NCBI GenBank assembly: GCA_963777505.1
Contig: CAVZQN010000001.1
Coordinates: forward strand, 544,001-608,000
Origin: an uncultured bacterium
Lineage (GTDB): Bacteria > Acidobacteriota > HRBIN11 > JAKEFK01
Direction of reading: 5' to 3'
DNA: 64,000 bases
A program made the translations under genes and the position numbers. This document shows, in pieces, positions 40,539 through 50,563 of this stretch. The notes under the pieces are model-generated. The model was not told the DNA's origin and did no database searches. It worked only from the letters and a program-made list of their open reading frames with translations. The number at the start of each line of letters is the position of its first letter. The stretch's first letter is position 1.

Positions 40539-40864
40539 TTCACGAAATCAGTCCAGGACGTTCCTTCATGCAGCGGGGATGGAATTGCAAGCAAAATTTG
40601 AGCGATGTAATAAAAAACGATCCACAAAATAAGAAGGCCGGCAAAGCTTTGAAGGAATACTGCAACTGGACGAAAATTTCTTTGAAGGCCTATATGAGGC
40701 TGCGCAATTTTAGCCAAACATGCAGCACATAACAAACGATCTTCGTGTTCTGTAACGCATTCGCGACAGTAAAAGCGTTTGCATTCCGGGCAGCGGGCAA
40801 CGGCTTCCCGTTGATAATGATAAAAACAACGCTGACGGCTAACATTAATCCCTTCGGATGTCAT
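40535..40864 (-). CDS. B-box-type zinc finger plus TM small protein
   Basis: CFYH...AVARCPECKRFYCREC......LLCAAC followed by one TM helix. Confidence 0.8.
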   Translation of the reverse strand: MTSEGINVSRQRCFYHYQREAVARCPECKRFYCRECVTEHEDRLLCAACLAKIAQPHIGLQRNFRPVAVFLQSFAGLLILWIVFYYIAQILLAIPSPLHEGTSWTDFVK

Positions 40865-41913
40865 GCTGCATCGCCTCCTGCAATGACTTGCTGTTGCTTC
40901 ACACGGCGACGTTCGCGAAAACGAAGCAAACTAATAACGCCTGAAATTCCAAGGACTAAAGAACATACAATTGAAAATATCGATAGAAAAAGAAGCCATG
41001 GGTGATCAAGCGGAGAGATCTCCCACATTTTTTTCATCCAATCCCACTGGTTTGTCCCCATCGAAGGATCTTGCATCGCAAGAATCATATAGAAGAAGTA
41101 ACTCAATGCATAAAATGTTGCTCCGTAAATCAATACACCCCAGGTTATCCCTGATACTGTTCGAGGCAAATCACCATGTCTCTGCTTCACAAGCGCAATC
41201 ATAATAAGCAGCCATAAAACTCCGCTGGAGATTGTTCCGATAATCAAAAACGCTTTATGTCTATCAAAAATTGAAAACAAAGTTACAATCGCATCAAAAA
41301 CAAGAAAGATAAAAAGTGCAAGATGCGCAGTTCCTTCATAATTCGAAACAACATTCTTTATCATCCCCTTAATGGGAGGTGGACTTAAAACGGGAGGCGC
41401 CTGGATGCCAGGATGCTGAAGAAGAACTTCTTCCGAAAGCCGCCCTTGAACTTCTTCAATTTTGCCGCGCAAAATATTCATCGTACGCAAAGAGGTTCGC
41501 AAGCGGCACATCGATGAAATGGCTTCAGAATGCACTGCCGTGTGAAGAGTGGTAGAACACGTTGCGCCTTTTAAGGCGTTGATTGCTAGAAAGACAAAAA
41601 ACAAAATAGTCCAGGGTCCCAAAAATATGTGACCAAACTTATCCCATTCCCAAACAACCATCCCTAAATAATGAAGAAGAAGACAGGATAATAGGATGAT
41701 TCCAAATACAGTATTAACGACAAAAAAAGTGGCAGTTTTTCGGATCACAACCCCATGAATATCCGGAAAATAAAATCGTTTGTAGTCTTCAACATAGCCA
41801 CGCCTCTGAAGAAGCATTACATGATCGTCCGCAAGCCAGAGTGAGCTTCGCCCAAAACCAAACGAAAAACTTCCTGATCCAGGCAATCGACTATATTCAG
41901 ATCGGACTTTCAA
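40861..41913 (-). CDS. Hypothetical multi-pass membrane protein
   Basis: N-terminal SSLWLADDHV...YVEDYKRFYFPDIHG domain and about 6 TM segments; overlaps the next gene by 4 nt. Confidence 0.75.
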   Translation of the reverse strand: MKVRSEYSRLPGSGSFSFGFGRSSLWLADDHVMLLQRRGYVEDYKRFYFPDIHGVVIRKTATFFVVNTVFGIILLSCLLLHYLGMVVWEWDKFGHIFLGPWTILFFVFLAINALKGATCSTTLHTAVHSEAISSMCRLRTSLRTMNILRGKIEEVQGRLSEEVLLQHPGIQAPPVLSPPPIKGMIKNVVSNYEGTAHLALFIFLVFDAIVTLFSIFDRHKAFLIIGTISSGVLWLLIMIALVKQRHGDLPRTVSGITWGVLIYGATFYALSYFFYMILAMQDPSMGTNQWDWMKKMWEISPLDHPWLLFLSIFSIVCSLVLGISGVISLLRFRERRRVKQQQVIAGGDAA

Positions 41914-41922
41914 ATGTTTTTC

Positions 41923-42519
41923 CTAATCTCCGATGCGCGATACGAGAAAGACTGCAAGCGTTATCCACCCGCCTACCTGCATCAGCGCAATCCCTATAGC
42001 AACCAGCATTCTAACTTTGCTCTTTCGGGGAATGATGCTGGTTGGAGTATTCCAGTGGCGGATCGCAAGAAAAATTGCAATTGGAGCTGTTATAACTGTG
42101 AAGAAAAAAGAAATTAATGGGAGGATTGCAAATGCCAGAGCCATATCATCATATAGAACGCGTCTGTTCTCTACATTTTTTAAGCTCTTCTTCTTTCTAC
42201 CTGCTTCAATGCAGGTAGCGCAAAGATGTTGTCCATTGAAATCGATATCGCATAGTCCGCACAAGAAACGTCCACAATATTCACAGGCAACGACTGCTTT
42301 TTTTTGCTGGTGATAAAAGCAACCGGCATCATCTGCGAGAAGAATTTGTTCACCCGGTTTACTCTGTGCAATTGGCTTGAGGAGTGCTGGAAATGCGAAT
42401 GCGTACATATCTGCAAAACAGACAGGACATGTTACAGATGAATCTTTGTTAAAAACGTCCAGAGGCAGAAAATTGCGGCAGTTCGAACATTGCATGGAAG
42501 ACTTTTGAAGCGAGTTCAC
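41923..42519 (-). CDS. Zinc ribbon + B-box zinc finger + 2-TM (DUF4190-like) protein
   Basis: CSNC...CPVC; CFYH...AVVACEYCGRFLCGLC...HLCATC; two C-terminal TM helices. Confidence 0.8.
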   Translation of the reverse strand: MNSLQKSSMQCSNCRNFLPLDVFNKDSSVTCPVCFADMYAFAFPALLKPIAQSKPGEQILLADDAGCFYHQQKKAVVACEYCGRFLCGLCDIDFNGQHLCATCIEAGRKKKSLKNVENRRVLYDDMALAFAILPLISFFFTVITAPIAIFLAIRHWNTPTSIIPRKSKVRMLVAIGIALMQVGGWITLAVFLVSRIGD

Positions 42520-42522
42520 CCG

Positions 42523-43269
42523 TTATTTCCTGACCACACGCGTATTACAGATCCGGTCATGCAGGGCTCTTCTCTCTTCATCAAATGCAGCCATAATGTA
42601 GCCGACGAAGCATGTCAGCGCGCTAACAATCTCCGCAAAGAAACGGCCAACAGCAATTCCAGCTGTAAGCGGCTCCCCTTCAGCTGTAACAACCTTTAAT
42701 CCAAGCGCCATTTTCCCTGGTGTGGCTGAATACTTCACAAGAAAATATACGGAATAACCGACGTTAATCGCCAGCGATAACACATATCCAATGATGTATG
42801 CCGCACCTTGAAGTGTTTCGTTTTTCGTAAGAAACATGGCCGGAATAATCAGACCAAATTGAACAATACCGGAGGCAACATTCATGATAATGCTATCGAT
42901 CAGCTTTGCGCCAAATCGCGGCCAAAAGTTAGCATATTCAAGACGCCCGGGAATAGCGCCACCTTCTTTCAATTTTTGAAAAAACAATGGCTTACACGAT
43001 GCACAAACCCAGGAATCCTGGTAACGGATCAAATCAGTTTCAGGAAATTGACGATAGCATTGACTGCACGTTGCTTGCGGAGCTGGAATTGTATCAACTC
43101 CCATAACACTTTGCCGGTTCCAATCTCCATAAGACTGCCAACCTCTCATCGATTCATTCCAAACCATTGTTTCGGAAGAGACACGGCCAATCTTCACATG
43201 ACCGTCAAATTCCTCTTCCGTCAATGGCCCGATCTGAAGTCCACTATCTTCGCGATAATACCAATCCAT
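42523..43269 (-). CDS. GYF_2 (DUF4339) + zinc finger + RDD protein
   Basis: WYY...GPLT...TMVWNESMRGW; CSQC...CASCK; RFGAKLID...ATPGKMALGLKV...ALHDRICNTRVV. Confidence 0.88.
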   Translation of the reverse strand: MDWYYREDSGLQIGPLTEEEFDGHVKIGRVSSETMVWNESMRGWQSYGDWNRQSVMGVDTIPAPQATCSQCYRQFPETDLIRYQDSWVCASCKPLFFQKLKEGGAIPGRLEYANFWPRFGAKLIDSIIMNVASGIVQFGLIIPAMFLTKNETLQGAAYIIGYVLSLAINVGYSVYFLVKYSATPGKMALGLKVVTAEGEPLTAGIAVGRFFAEIVSALTCFVGYIMAAFDEERRALHDRICNTRVVRK

Positions 43270-43443
43270 CTGTCTCCCCTTAAAAACAGTTGTTTTTCCT
43301 CAAAATGTTAATCACATTGTATCCAGAAAACATACAGGATGCACGATTTGATTCCTGTGTAATGCAACATTCTACGAACATGAAAACGAATATTTATATA
43401 TTCTTGTTCCTGTAGCTTTGCCGTTAGAGCCGAATGCTAAACT

Positions 43444-44961
43444 ATGACGATGAATATGCTCGACTATAGACGATTACCCGGAATCAATTCATTATTCCTG
43501 GATTACGTCGGAAATGCAGAAAGTGCTCAGCAATTTTACCCTCCTCGGGACCGCTTTCGGAGTTTTGACCCTGCACATCGTACTGAACTTTGCGAAATAC
43601 TTCGAAATCAAAATCGTCGCTTTCAAAATGAGGCTGCTCAATCGTTAATTGAAACCTTGTCCCGTCGTGGAACAACCTGTGTCGTTACCGGCCAACAAGT
43701 GGGTTTACTTACAGGACCGATGTATACGCTTTGGAAAGCGCTGACTGCAATAAAGGTTTGCAAAGATGTAGAAAAGAAAACTGGAAAACCGTGTGTTCCA
43801 ATCTTCTGGATGGCTACCGAAGATCACAATTGGCACGAAGTAATGAGTTTTGGCTTGCTGAAAGGTGATTTTGAACTTCTGAAGTTTTCACTTAAAGACC
43901 ATTTTTTTATGAAACGGGAGCCGACTGGCCAAATTCCCGTAAATCACAGTGAAGTTCGGAAAATCCTTCTCCGTGCGTTGCACGAGATAAATCTGCCAGA
44001 GATTTCGTCATTTTACTCAAGTGGGACTCTTTCTGATGGATTTGCTCGCACGTTGCTCTGGCTAATTAAAGATTTTCCGATCGTACTTCTGGATCCATCT
44101 GATCCTGCATTAAAACAACTTGCATCCCCTTTCTTTGAAACGTTCTTTAAAAAGAGTGATGTTCTTCAAAATCTTTTAGAGCAACAAAATGGAATTCTGC
44201 GTTCAAACAATTATCCGACTCAGGTAAAAATGGAAGAGAATCAACTTCCATTATTCTTCATTGATTCGAGTGGACGCAGCCAGGTCAAGAAAAATGGATT
44301 GCCTCCTGATACTTCGGTTGAACAACTAAGCCCATCGGCACTATTACGTCCAATTTTTCAAGATTATCTTTTGCCGACTGCGGCTTATGTCGGAGGTCCG
44401 GCAGAAATTGCATATTTTGCGCAGATGCATCCGTGGTACAACGCGCTCGGAGTTGAACAGCCTCCCGTATTACCAAGAGCCAGTATTACTCTTTTGCCTC
44501 CGGTAACCGTTCGGTTCTTGCAATCTTCGAATCTCACTCCAGAAGAAATATACCTGCCGGAAGATACACTGGCTGATGTGCTGATTCAACATACAGGTCT
44601 GGACAAAATCCGCACGTCGGTGCGGTCACTGGCGGCGACAGCGGAGGAAAAAATCCGAGCAATTCAAGCTGAAGCTGAAAAAGTGGATCCTACACTTGCA
44701 AAAGCCATTGTCACAGCCGGAAGCAAGATTCAATTCCAAACACAAAAAATTGAACGGAAAGCTCTACTTGCAGTGAAACGGAAAAATCTGGAACTGCTCG
44801 ACAAAATCAGAAAAGCAAAAAATGTGATTTATCCGGACGAAAAATTACAAGAACGCTGCTTAAACATCTTTTCCTTTCGTGATCGTCTTCCCGATTTGAT
44901 TCATGAGATTCATGACAAAATCGATGTCTATGCACCAGCCCACCAATGGATCGAAATCTAA
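43444..44961 (+). CDS. bshC: Bacillithiol cysteine-adding enzyme BshC
   Basis: VVTGQQVGLLTGPMYTLWKA, PIFWMATEDH, SPSALLRPIFQDYLLPT.AYVGGPAEIAY, LQER. Confidence 0.93.
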   Translation: MTMNMLDYRRLPGINSLFLDYVGNAESAQQFYPPRDRFRSFDPAHRTELCEILRNQNRRFQNEAAQSLIETLSRRGTTCVVTGQQVGLLTGPMYTLWKALTAIKVCKDVEKKTGKPCVPIFWMATEDHNWHEVMSFGLLKGDFELLKFSLKDHFFMKREPTGQIPVNHSEVRKILLRALHEINLPEISSFYSSGTLSDGFARTLLWLIKDFPIVLLDPSDPALKQLASPFFETFFKKSDVLQNLLEQQNGILRSNNYPTQVKMEENQLPLFFIDSSGRSQVKKNGLPPDTSVEQLSPSALLRPIFQDYLLPTAAYVGGPAEIAYFAQMHPWYNALGVEQPPVLPRASITLLPPVTVRFLQSSNLTPEEIYLPEDTLADVLIQHTGLDKIRTSVRSLAATAEEKIRAIQAEAEKVDPTLAKAIVTAGSKIQFQTQKIERKALLAVKRKNLELLDKIRKAKNVIYPDEKLQERCLNIFSFRDRLPDLIHEIHDKIDVYAPAHQWIEI

Positions 44962-45019
44962 CTTTGTGTCTTTGCGGTAAAAATCATTAGAATTAATACC
45001 TTTAGCTGGAGGGAATTAT

Positions 45020-45739
45020 ATGACTGAGCTTCAGGGGAAACTTGATGTACTTGCATTTTCAGCGCATCCGGATGACATTGAACTGGCAGCCGCAGGAACA
45101 ATCATTAAACTTGCGAAACAAGGCTATGCCGTTGGAGTTGCCGATATGACTCGCGGCGAATTTGGAACACGCGGATCCAAGGAAGTCCGTCAGAAAGAAG
45201 CTGAAGAAGCGGCAACATTAATGCGGATCAAAGTTCGTGAATGTCTCGACATTCCAGATGGAAGCGTCACCGTGACACGCGAGAACCACTTGAAAGTCAT
45301 CCAACTTCTGCGTAAGTATCAGCCGAAGATTGTAATCAATCATTATTGGAAAGCCCGTCACGCGGATCATATGGCAACATCACAAATCGTTACGGAGGCC
45401 TGTTATCTTTCAGGGCTTGCCAAACTCGATACCGGACAGCAGCGATGGCGTCCTAAAAGAATTCTTTACCATCAAATCAATTATGATGTGATTCCTTCGT
45501 TCCTCGTTGATGTCAGCAGCGAAATTGAAGAAAAGTGGAAGGTTGTTCGAGCTCATAAATCGCAATTTTATAATCCCGACAGTAAAGAACCTGAAACGCT
45601 TTTAAGCGTTCCTACATTTCTGGAGATGATCGATACCAAGATGAAATATTGGGGTTCTTTGATCGGCGTAACTCATGCCGAACCATTTCTGACAACTGAA
45701 CCTTTCGCGATTCCAGATCTTGTTGAAGCCTTAGGATAA
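45020..45739 (+). CDS. bshB1: Bacillithiol deacetylase BshB1
   Basis: AHPDDIEL, DMTRGEFGTRG, RHADH, AHKSQF. Confidence 0.93.
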   Translation: MTELQGKLDVLAFSAHPDDIELAAAGTIIKLAKQGYAVGVADMTRGEFGTRGSKEVRQKEAEEAATLMRIKVRECLDIPDGSVTVTRENHLKVIQLLRKYQPKIVINHYWKARHADHMATSQIVTEACYLSGLAKLDTGQQRWRPKRILYHQINYDVIPSFLVDVSSEIEEKWKVVRAHKSQFYNPDSKEPETLLSVPTFLEMIDTKMKYWGSLIGVTHAEPFLTTEPFAIPDLVEALG

Positions 45740-45745
45740 ATTTAG

Positions 45746-46867
45746 ATGCCACGAAAAATCGGAATTACCTGTTATCCAACTTATGGAGGAAGCGGCGTAA
45801 TAGCCACCGAACTTGGAAAAGAGCTTGCAAATCGCGGGCACGAAGTCCATTTTGTTAGCTACGCTCAGCCCATCCGCCTGGAAAAATTTCACGAACGTGT
45901 CTTTTTTCATGAAGTGGATATGCTTCCATATCCATTATTTCAATATCCGCCTTACGATCTGGCTCTTGCAGCAAAAATGACTGAGATTGCAAATTATGCG
46001 CGCCTGGATCTTTTCCATGTGCATTATGCATTGCCACATGCAATCAGTGCATTTCTTGCAAAAAGCATGATTGAAGATCGTCAGGTAAAAGTAGTTACAA
46101 CTTTGCATGGCACAGATATTACTCTGGTTGGCGCTGATAAATCTTATTTCCCAATTACAAAGTTCGGAATTTTGAAAAGCGATGGAGTGACAACGGTTTC
46201 GGAACATTTGAAGAAAGTTACATTGCAGCAGGTTGGACCGAAAGAGATTGAAGTAATTCCAAATTTTGTGGATACACAATTCTTCCGCAAGCCGCTAGAG
46301 GAAGATTGTTCAAAAGGAAGGCTGGCTCCAAAAAAGGAATCGATTCTGCTTCATATTTCGAATTTCCGTCCTTTGAAGCGGATTATGGATGTGATCCGTA
46401 TCTTTGAGATTGTTGTTGCGCAGCATTCGGCCCGCCTTATTTTTGCAGGGGACGGCCCTGAACGATCGATGGCAGAAAAATATTGCCGTGAAAATGGTTT
46501 GATGGACAAGGTCATGTTTTTAGGAAAGCTTGATAATGTTCCCGATCTCATGGGATGCACGGATGTGCTGCTGCTTCCGAGTGAATTCGAGAGCTTCGGA
46601 CTGGTTGCTCTGGAAGCGATGAGCTGCGAAGTCCCTGTGGTTGCGACGAATGTCGGTGGAATTCCTGAAGTTGTTATCCATGGTGAAACAGGCTTTTTAG
46701 GAGAACTTGGTGATGTGCAGACGATGGCGGCATACGTTTTAAGAATTTTGAAAGATTCTGATCTAAAAGCGCACATGGCTGCTGCAGGACGCCGCCGCGC
46801 TGTCGAAGTTTTTGAGCAAAGAAAAATTGTTCCGTTATACGAGCAATATTACGAAAAGGTTTTATAA
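45746..46867 (+). CDS. bshA: N-acetyl-alpha-D-glucosaminyl L-malate synthase BshA
   Basis: KIGITCYPTYGGSG, HVHYALPHA, TTLHGTDITLVG, HISNFRPLKR, ESFGLVALEAM. Confidence 0.96.
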   Translation: MPRKIGITCYPTYGGSGVIATELGKELANRGHEVHFVSYAQPIRLEKFHERVFFHEVDMLPYPLFQYPPYDLALAAKMTEIANYARLDLFHVHYALPHAISAFLAKSMIEDRQVKVVTTLHGTDITLVGADKSYFPITKFGILKSDGVTTVSEHLKKVTLQQVGPKEIEVIPNFVDTQFFRKPLEEDCSKGRLAPKKESILLHISNFRPLKRIMDVIRIFEIVVAQHSARLIFAGDGPERSMAEKYCRENGLMDKVMFLGKLDNVPDLMGCTDVLLLPSEFESFGLVALEAMSCEVPVVATNVGGIPEVVIHGETGFLGELGDVQTMAAYVLRILKDSDLKAHMAAAGRRRAVEVFEQRKIVPLYEQYYEKVL

Positions 46868-46875
46868 CGCTTGGG

Positions 46876-46962
46876 CAGGCTTTGCGGAAATTCGAAAGCC
46901 TGGCCTCTGAAATAAATTTTGTCGGAGGCCGGGCCCTCGCTCCTCACCGCCGCAGGGCACGG
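46876..46962 (+). other. Three adjacent GC-rich stem-loops between bshA and the ABC exporter
   Basis: CAGGCTTT/AAAGCCTG; GGCCTCTGA/TCGGAGGCC; CCGGGCCCT/AGGGCACGG. Confidence 0.5.
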
Positions 46963-46974
46963 CTCGGAATTCAT

Positions 46975-48747
46975 ATGAGTAAAGAAGAAAGTTCGATTCG
47001 TTCCTTGCACCGGCTCTGGCCATATGTGCGGCGGTATAAATTTCCCATGATTTTTGGGATTTTTTGCGCAATGGCGACTAATGCAGCGGCTGTCATTTGG
47101 CCGGAAATTCTAAAACAAACGATCAATGCCTTGCAGGCTGGAACCAATTCAGGTTTTGAAAAGTTTGCCCTAAAGATCCTCGCGGCAGTTTTCATCCAGG
47201 CGATATTTTTGTTTCTGATGCGAAGGGTCATGATCGGTGTTTCTCGCGAAATCGAATACGAGCTCCGTAATGATTTATATAAGCATATGCAAGTACTATC
47301 CTCATCGTACTACAACCGAATGTTTACGGGCGACCTGATGTCTAGAAACAACAACGATCTCAGCGCAGTAAGGATGGTGTTAGGCCCTGCAATTATGTAT
47401 TCGGTGAACACCTTTTTTACATTTGTTTTTGCGCTGTCGATGATGCTTCGCATCAACTGGCTTCTGACCCTTGTAGCCTTGTCGCCGCTGCCGGTTGTGT
47501 CCTGGCTTGTCACAAGGTATGGCAGAGTGATCCATCGGCGCTTTAAAGAAGTACAAGAACAATTTTCACGTATCAGTACAGCAGTTCAGGAAAATCTGAG
47601 CGGAATAAAAGTCGTAAAAGCATTTGGAAGAGAAGAAAAAGAAGTTGAGGATTTCAAAAAGGCCAACCTTCAATACTTACAAATGAATAAGCAGCTCGTA
47701 AAAGTTTGGGGCATTTTGTATCCGATGGTTGAACTGCTTGCAGGTATTGGAGTTCTAATTGTTCTCTGGTTTGGAGGCCGCCAGGTAATTCTGGGTCGTT
47801 TAACGCTTGGCGAATTTGTAGCGTTCAACAGTTACCTTGCAATGTTGATCTGGCCATCGATTGCACTTGGTTGGGTTGTTAATATTACGCAGCGCGGCGC
47901 AGCATCCATGTCCCGCTTGAATGAAGTCTTCGAAGAACAACCTGAGATTACAGATGCGGAAGCATCTCGAACAATGCAGGATTACCGCATTGGAGGAAAG
48001 ATCGAATTTAGAAATGTCAGCTTCCAGTATCGAAAGGATCTGCCTGTTCTGGACAACATCAATTTTTTGATTCGGCCTGGCACGACTGTGGCATTTGTCG
48101 GAGGCACCGGCAGCGGAAAATCTTCACTACTTCAATTGATAACGCGTATGTATGAAGCAGATAGCGGCGAAATTCTAATCGACGATGTTCCAATTGAACA
48201 GATTCCGCTGGCAATACTGCGAAATCAAATCGGTTTTGTACCTCAGGATTCATTTTTGTTTTCCGATACGATTGCAGAAAACATCGCGTTCGGAATCGAT
48301 TCACGCGAAAAAGACGAGATCGAGGAAGCTGCACGAATGGCTTCATTTGAAGCAGAAATCGGATCTTTCCCAAAGGGTTTTGAAACAATTATCGGTGAGC
48401 GTGGAATCACACTTTCAGGCGGACAAAAACAGCGCGCTACAATCGCGCGAGCTTTAGTAAAAGATCCCTCAATTCTTGTATTCGACGATTCGTTCTCAAA
48501 CGTCGATACCTACACTGAAGATAAGATCCTGCAAAACTTACGTTCGTTCCGCAAAGGACGAACGTGCATTATCGTTGCTCATCGAATTTCCACGATTCAA
48601 GACGCTGATTGGATCTTCGTACTTAATCAAGGAAAAATTGGCGAACAAGGAACGCACTCAGACCTCCTGGAACAACGTGGAGCTTATTACGAGCTTTATC
48701 AAAAACAGTTAATCGAAGAAGAATTACATATTCGGAGAATCAGCTAG
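46975..48747 (+). CDS. Heterodimeric multidrug-type ABC exporter, subunit 1 (TMD-NBD)
   Basis: 6-TM domain, GGTGSGKS, LSGGQKQR, degenerate Walker B FDDS. Confidence 0.92.
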   Translation: MSKEESSIRSLHRLWPYVRRYKFPMIFGIFCAMATNAAAVIWPEILKQTINALQAGTNSGFEKFALKILAAVFIQAIFLFLMRRVMIGVSREIEYELRNDLYKHMQVLSSSYYNRMFTGDLMSRNNNDLSAVRMVLGPAIMYSVNTFFTFVFALSMMLRINWLLTLVALSPLPVVSWLVTRYGRVIHRRFKEVQEQFSRISTAVQENLSGIKVVKAFGREEKEVEDFKKANLQYLQMNKQLVKVWGILYPMVELLAGIGVLIVLWFGGRQVILGRLTLGEFVAFNSYLAMLIWPSIALGWVVNITQRGAASMSRLNEVFEEQPEITDAEASRTMQDYRIGGKIEFRNVSFQYRKDLPVLDNINFLIRPGTTVAFVGGTGSGKSSLLQLITRMYEADSGEILIDDVPIEQIPLAILRNQIGFVPQDSFLFSDTIAENIAFGIDSREKDEIEEAARMASFEAEIGSFPKGFETIIGERGITLSGGQKQRATIARALVKDPSILVFDDSFSNVDTYTEDKILQNLRSFRKGRTCIIVAHRISTIQDADWIFVLNQGKIGEQGTHSDLLEQRGAYYELYQKQLIEEELHIRRIS

Positions 48748-48749
48748 CT

Positions 48750-50525
48750 ATGCAAGATGAAGAAATAGAATCTCGCGAATATGACTGGAATTTGATGAAG
48801 CGGCTGCTTGTCTATATCCGCCCGTATAAATGGAGAGTCATCTCAGCAATCGCTTTGATGCTTGCAACTGCAAGTTTACAAATCTTAACTCCATGGCTCG
48901 TAAAAATTGCAATTGATGAATACGTTTCTAAACGCGATTTGATGGGGCTTTATACGATCGCTGGTTATTACTTGCTCGTGTTACTCGCCGAACTGGTCTT
49001 GAGTTACTTGCAAGTCTACATCATGCAAATGACCGGACAGCGGATCATGTACGACATGCGTGTACAGATTTTCCAGCATCTTCAAAATCTTGAGCTGAAA
49101 TACTACCATCGCAATCCTGTTGGCCGGCTTATGACCCGTGTTACAAACGATGTCGATGTTTTAAATGAATTATTTACATCAGGTGTCGTCTCAATTTTTG
49201 GCGACATTCTAACTTTGACCGGCATCATCATAGCGATGCTGTTGCTCAACGCACATCTTGCACTGGTTATTTTGTCTGTCGTTCCTTTGTTATTCATCGC
49301 AACTACGGTTTTTCGAAAGAAAGCGCGCGCCGCATATACGGAGACCCGTTACTGGCTTGCGCGCATGAACGCCTTTCTGCAAGAAGCAATTTCAGGAATG
49401 GGTTTAATTCAAATTTTCAATCGCGAAAACAGGATGTTCGATAAGTTCGATAAAATCAATCACAAACATTACAGTGCAACACAAAAATCAGTTCTCGCAT
49501 ACGCAATCTTTTATCCAGTGGTGGAATTCATTGAAGCAATCGCGATTGCTTTGCTTGTGTGGTACGGCGGAAACCGTGCAGCACTCGGTTTTGTTTCCTT
49601 TGGAGTATTAATCGCATTCGTTCAATATACTCAACGTTTTTTCAGACCGATTGCGGACTTGAGTGAAAAATACAACATTCTGCAGTCTGCGATGGCATCT
49701 TCAGAAAAGATTTTTAACTTGCTTGATACAAAAGAATTCATTGACGCACCTCGAACGATGGTGCCGCCTGAAGATCGTCTGGTGGAAGTGGAATTTCAAA
49801 ATGTAAGCTTCAGATACGATGATGATTCTCCTGTCCTAAACAATGTCTCATTCAAAATCCGGGCAGGCGAGAAAATCGCGATTGTTGGTCCGACGGGTGC
49901 AGGCAAAACAACGATCATCAGTTTATTGCTGCGATTTTACGATCAATATACAGGACGCATTTTATTGAATGGAATTGATCTGCGAAACATTCCTGAAGAG
50001 CAACTTCGACGCGATATGGCTGTTGTTTTTCAAGATGCTTTTCTGTTTTCGCGAACAGTGATGGAAAATCTTACTTTTGACCGGCCGGAGATTACGGAAG
50101 ATCGTGTGCATTCGGTATCGCGGTATTTGCTCGCAGAGCCATTCATTCAAAAATTACCGAAAGGTTACAGTGAAATGCTTTCAGAACGCGGTTCCAATTT
50201 GTCTTTCGGTCAAAGACAGTTGATTACATTTGTCCGTGCGCTTGCAGCCGATCCTTCGATCGTGATCCTGGATGAAGCAACTTCGAGTGTTGATGTGGAA
50301 ACTGAATATGTGATCCGAAACTCATTGCGACGCTTAATGGATGGACGAACAGCTATTTTGATTGCACATAGACTTTCAACAATACAAAACGTCGATCGCA
50401 TTTTTGTGCTACTGGATGGCGAATTAAGGGAAGAAGGTACACATCAGGAATTGCTTGCGCAAGGCGGATTGTATTCAAAGCTGTATCAGCTTCAATATAA
50501 AGAACAAGAACTCGAACAAAACTAA
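48750..50525 (+). CDS. Heterodimeric multidrug-type ABC exporter, subunit 2 (TMD-NBD)
   Basis: GPTGAGKT, degenerate signature LSFGQRQ, LDEATSSVD, AHRLST. Confidence 0.92.
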   Translation: MQDEEIESREYDWNLMKRLLVYIRPYKWRVISAIALMLATASLQILTPWLVKIAIDEYVSKRDLMGLYTIAGYYLLVLLAELVLSYLQVYIMQMTGQRIMYDMRVQIFQHLQNLELKYYHRNPVGRLMTRVTNDVDVLNELFTSGVVSIFGDILTLTGIIIAMLLLNAHLALVILSVVPLLFIATTVFRKKARAAYTETRYWLARMNAFLQEAISGMGLIQIFNRENRMFDKFDKINHKHYSATQKSVLAYAIFYPVVEFIEAIAIALLVWYGGNRAALGFVSFGVLIAFVQYTQRFFRPIADLSEKYNILQSAMASSEKIFNLLDTKEFIDAPRTMVPPEDRLVEVEFQNVSFRYDDDSPVLNNVSFKIRAGEKIAIVGPTGAGKTTIISLLLRFYDQYTGRILLNGIDLRNIPEEQLRRDMAVVFQDAFLFSRTVMENLTFDRPEITEDRVHSVSRYLLAEPFIQKLPKGYSEMLSERGSNLSFGQRQLITFVRALAADPSIVILDEATSSVDVETEYVIRNSLRRLMDGRTAILIAHRLSTIQNVDRIFVLLDGELREEGTHQELLAQGGLYSKLYQLQYKEQELEQN

Positions 50526-50563
50526 AAACAAACTCGGCGTTCTTTGCGGTAAAAAAGCCCCGT

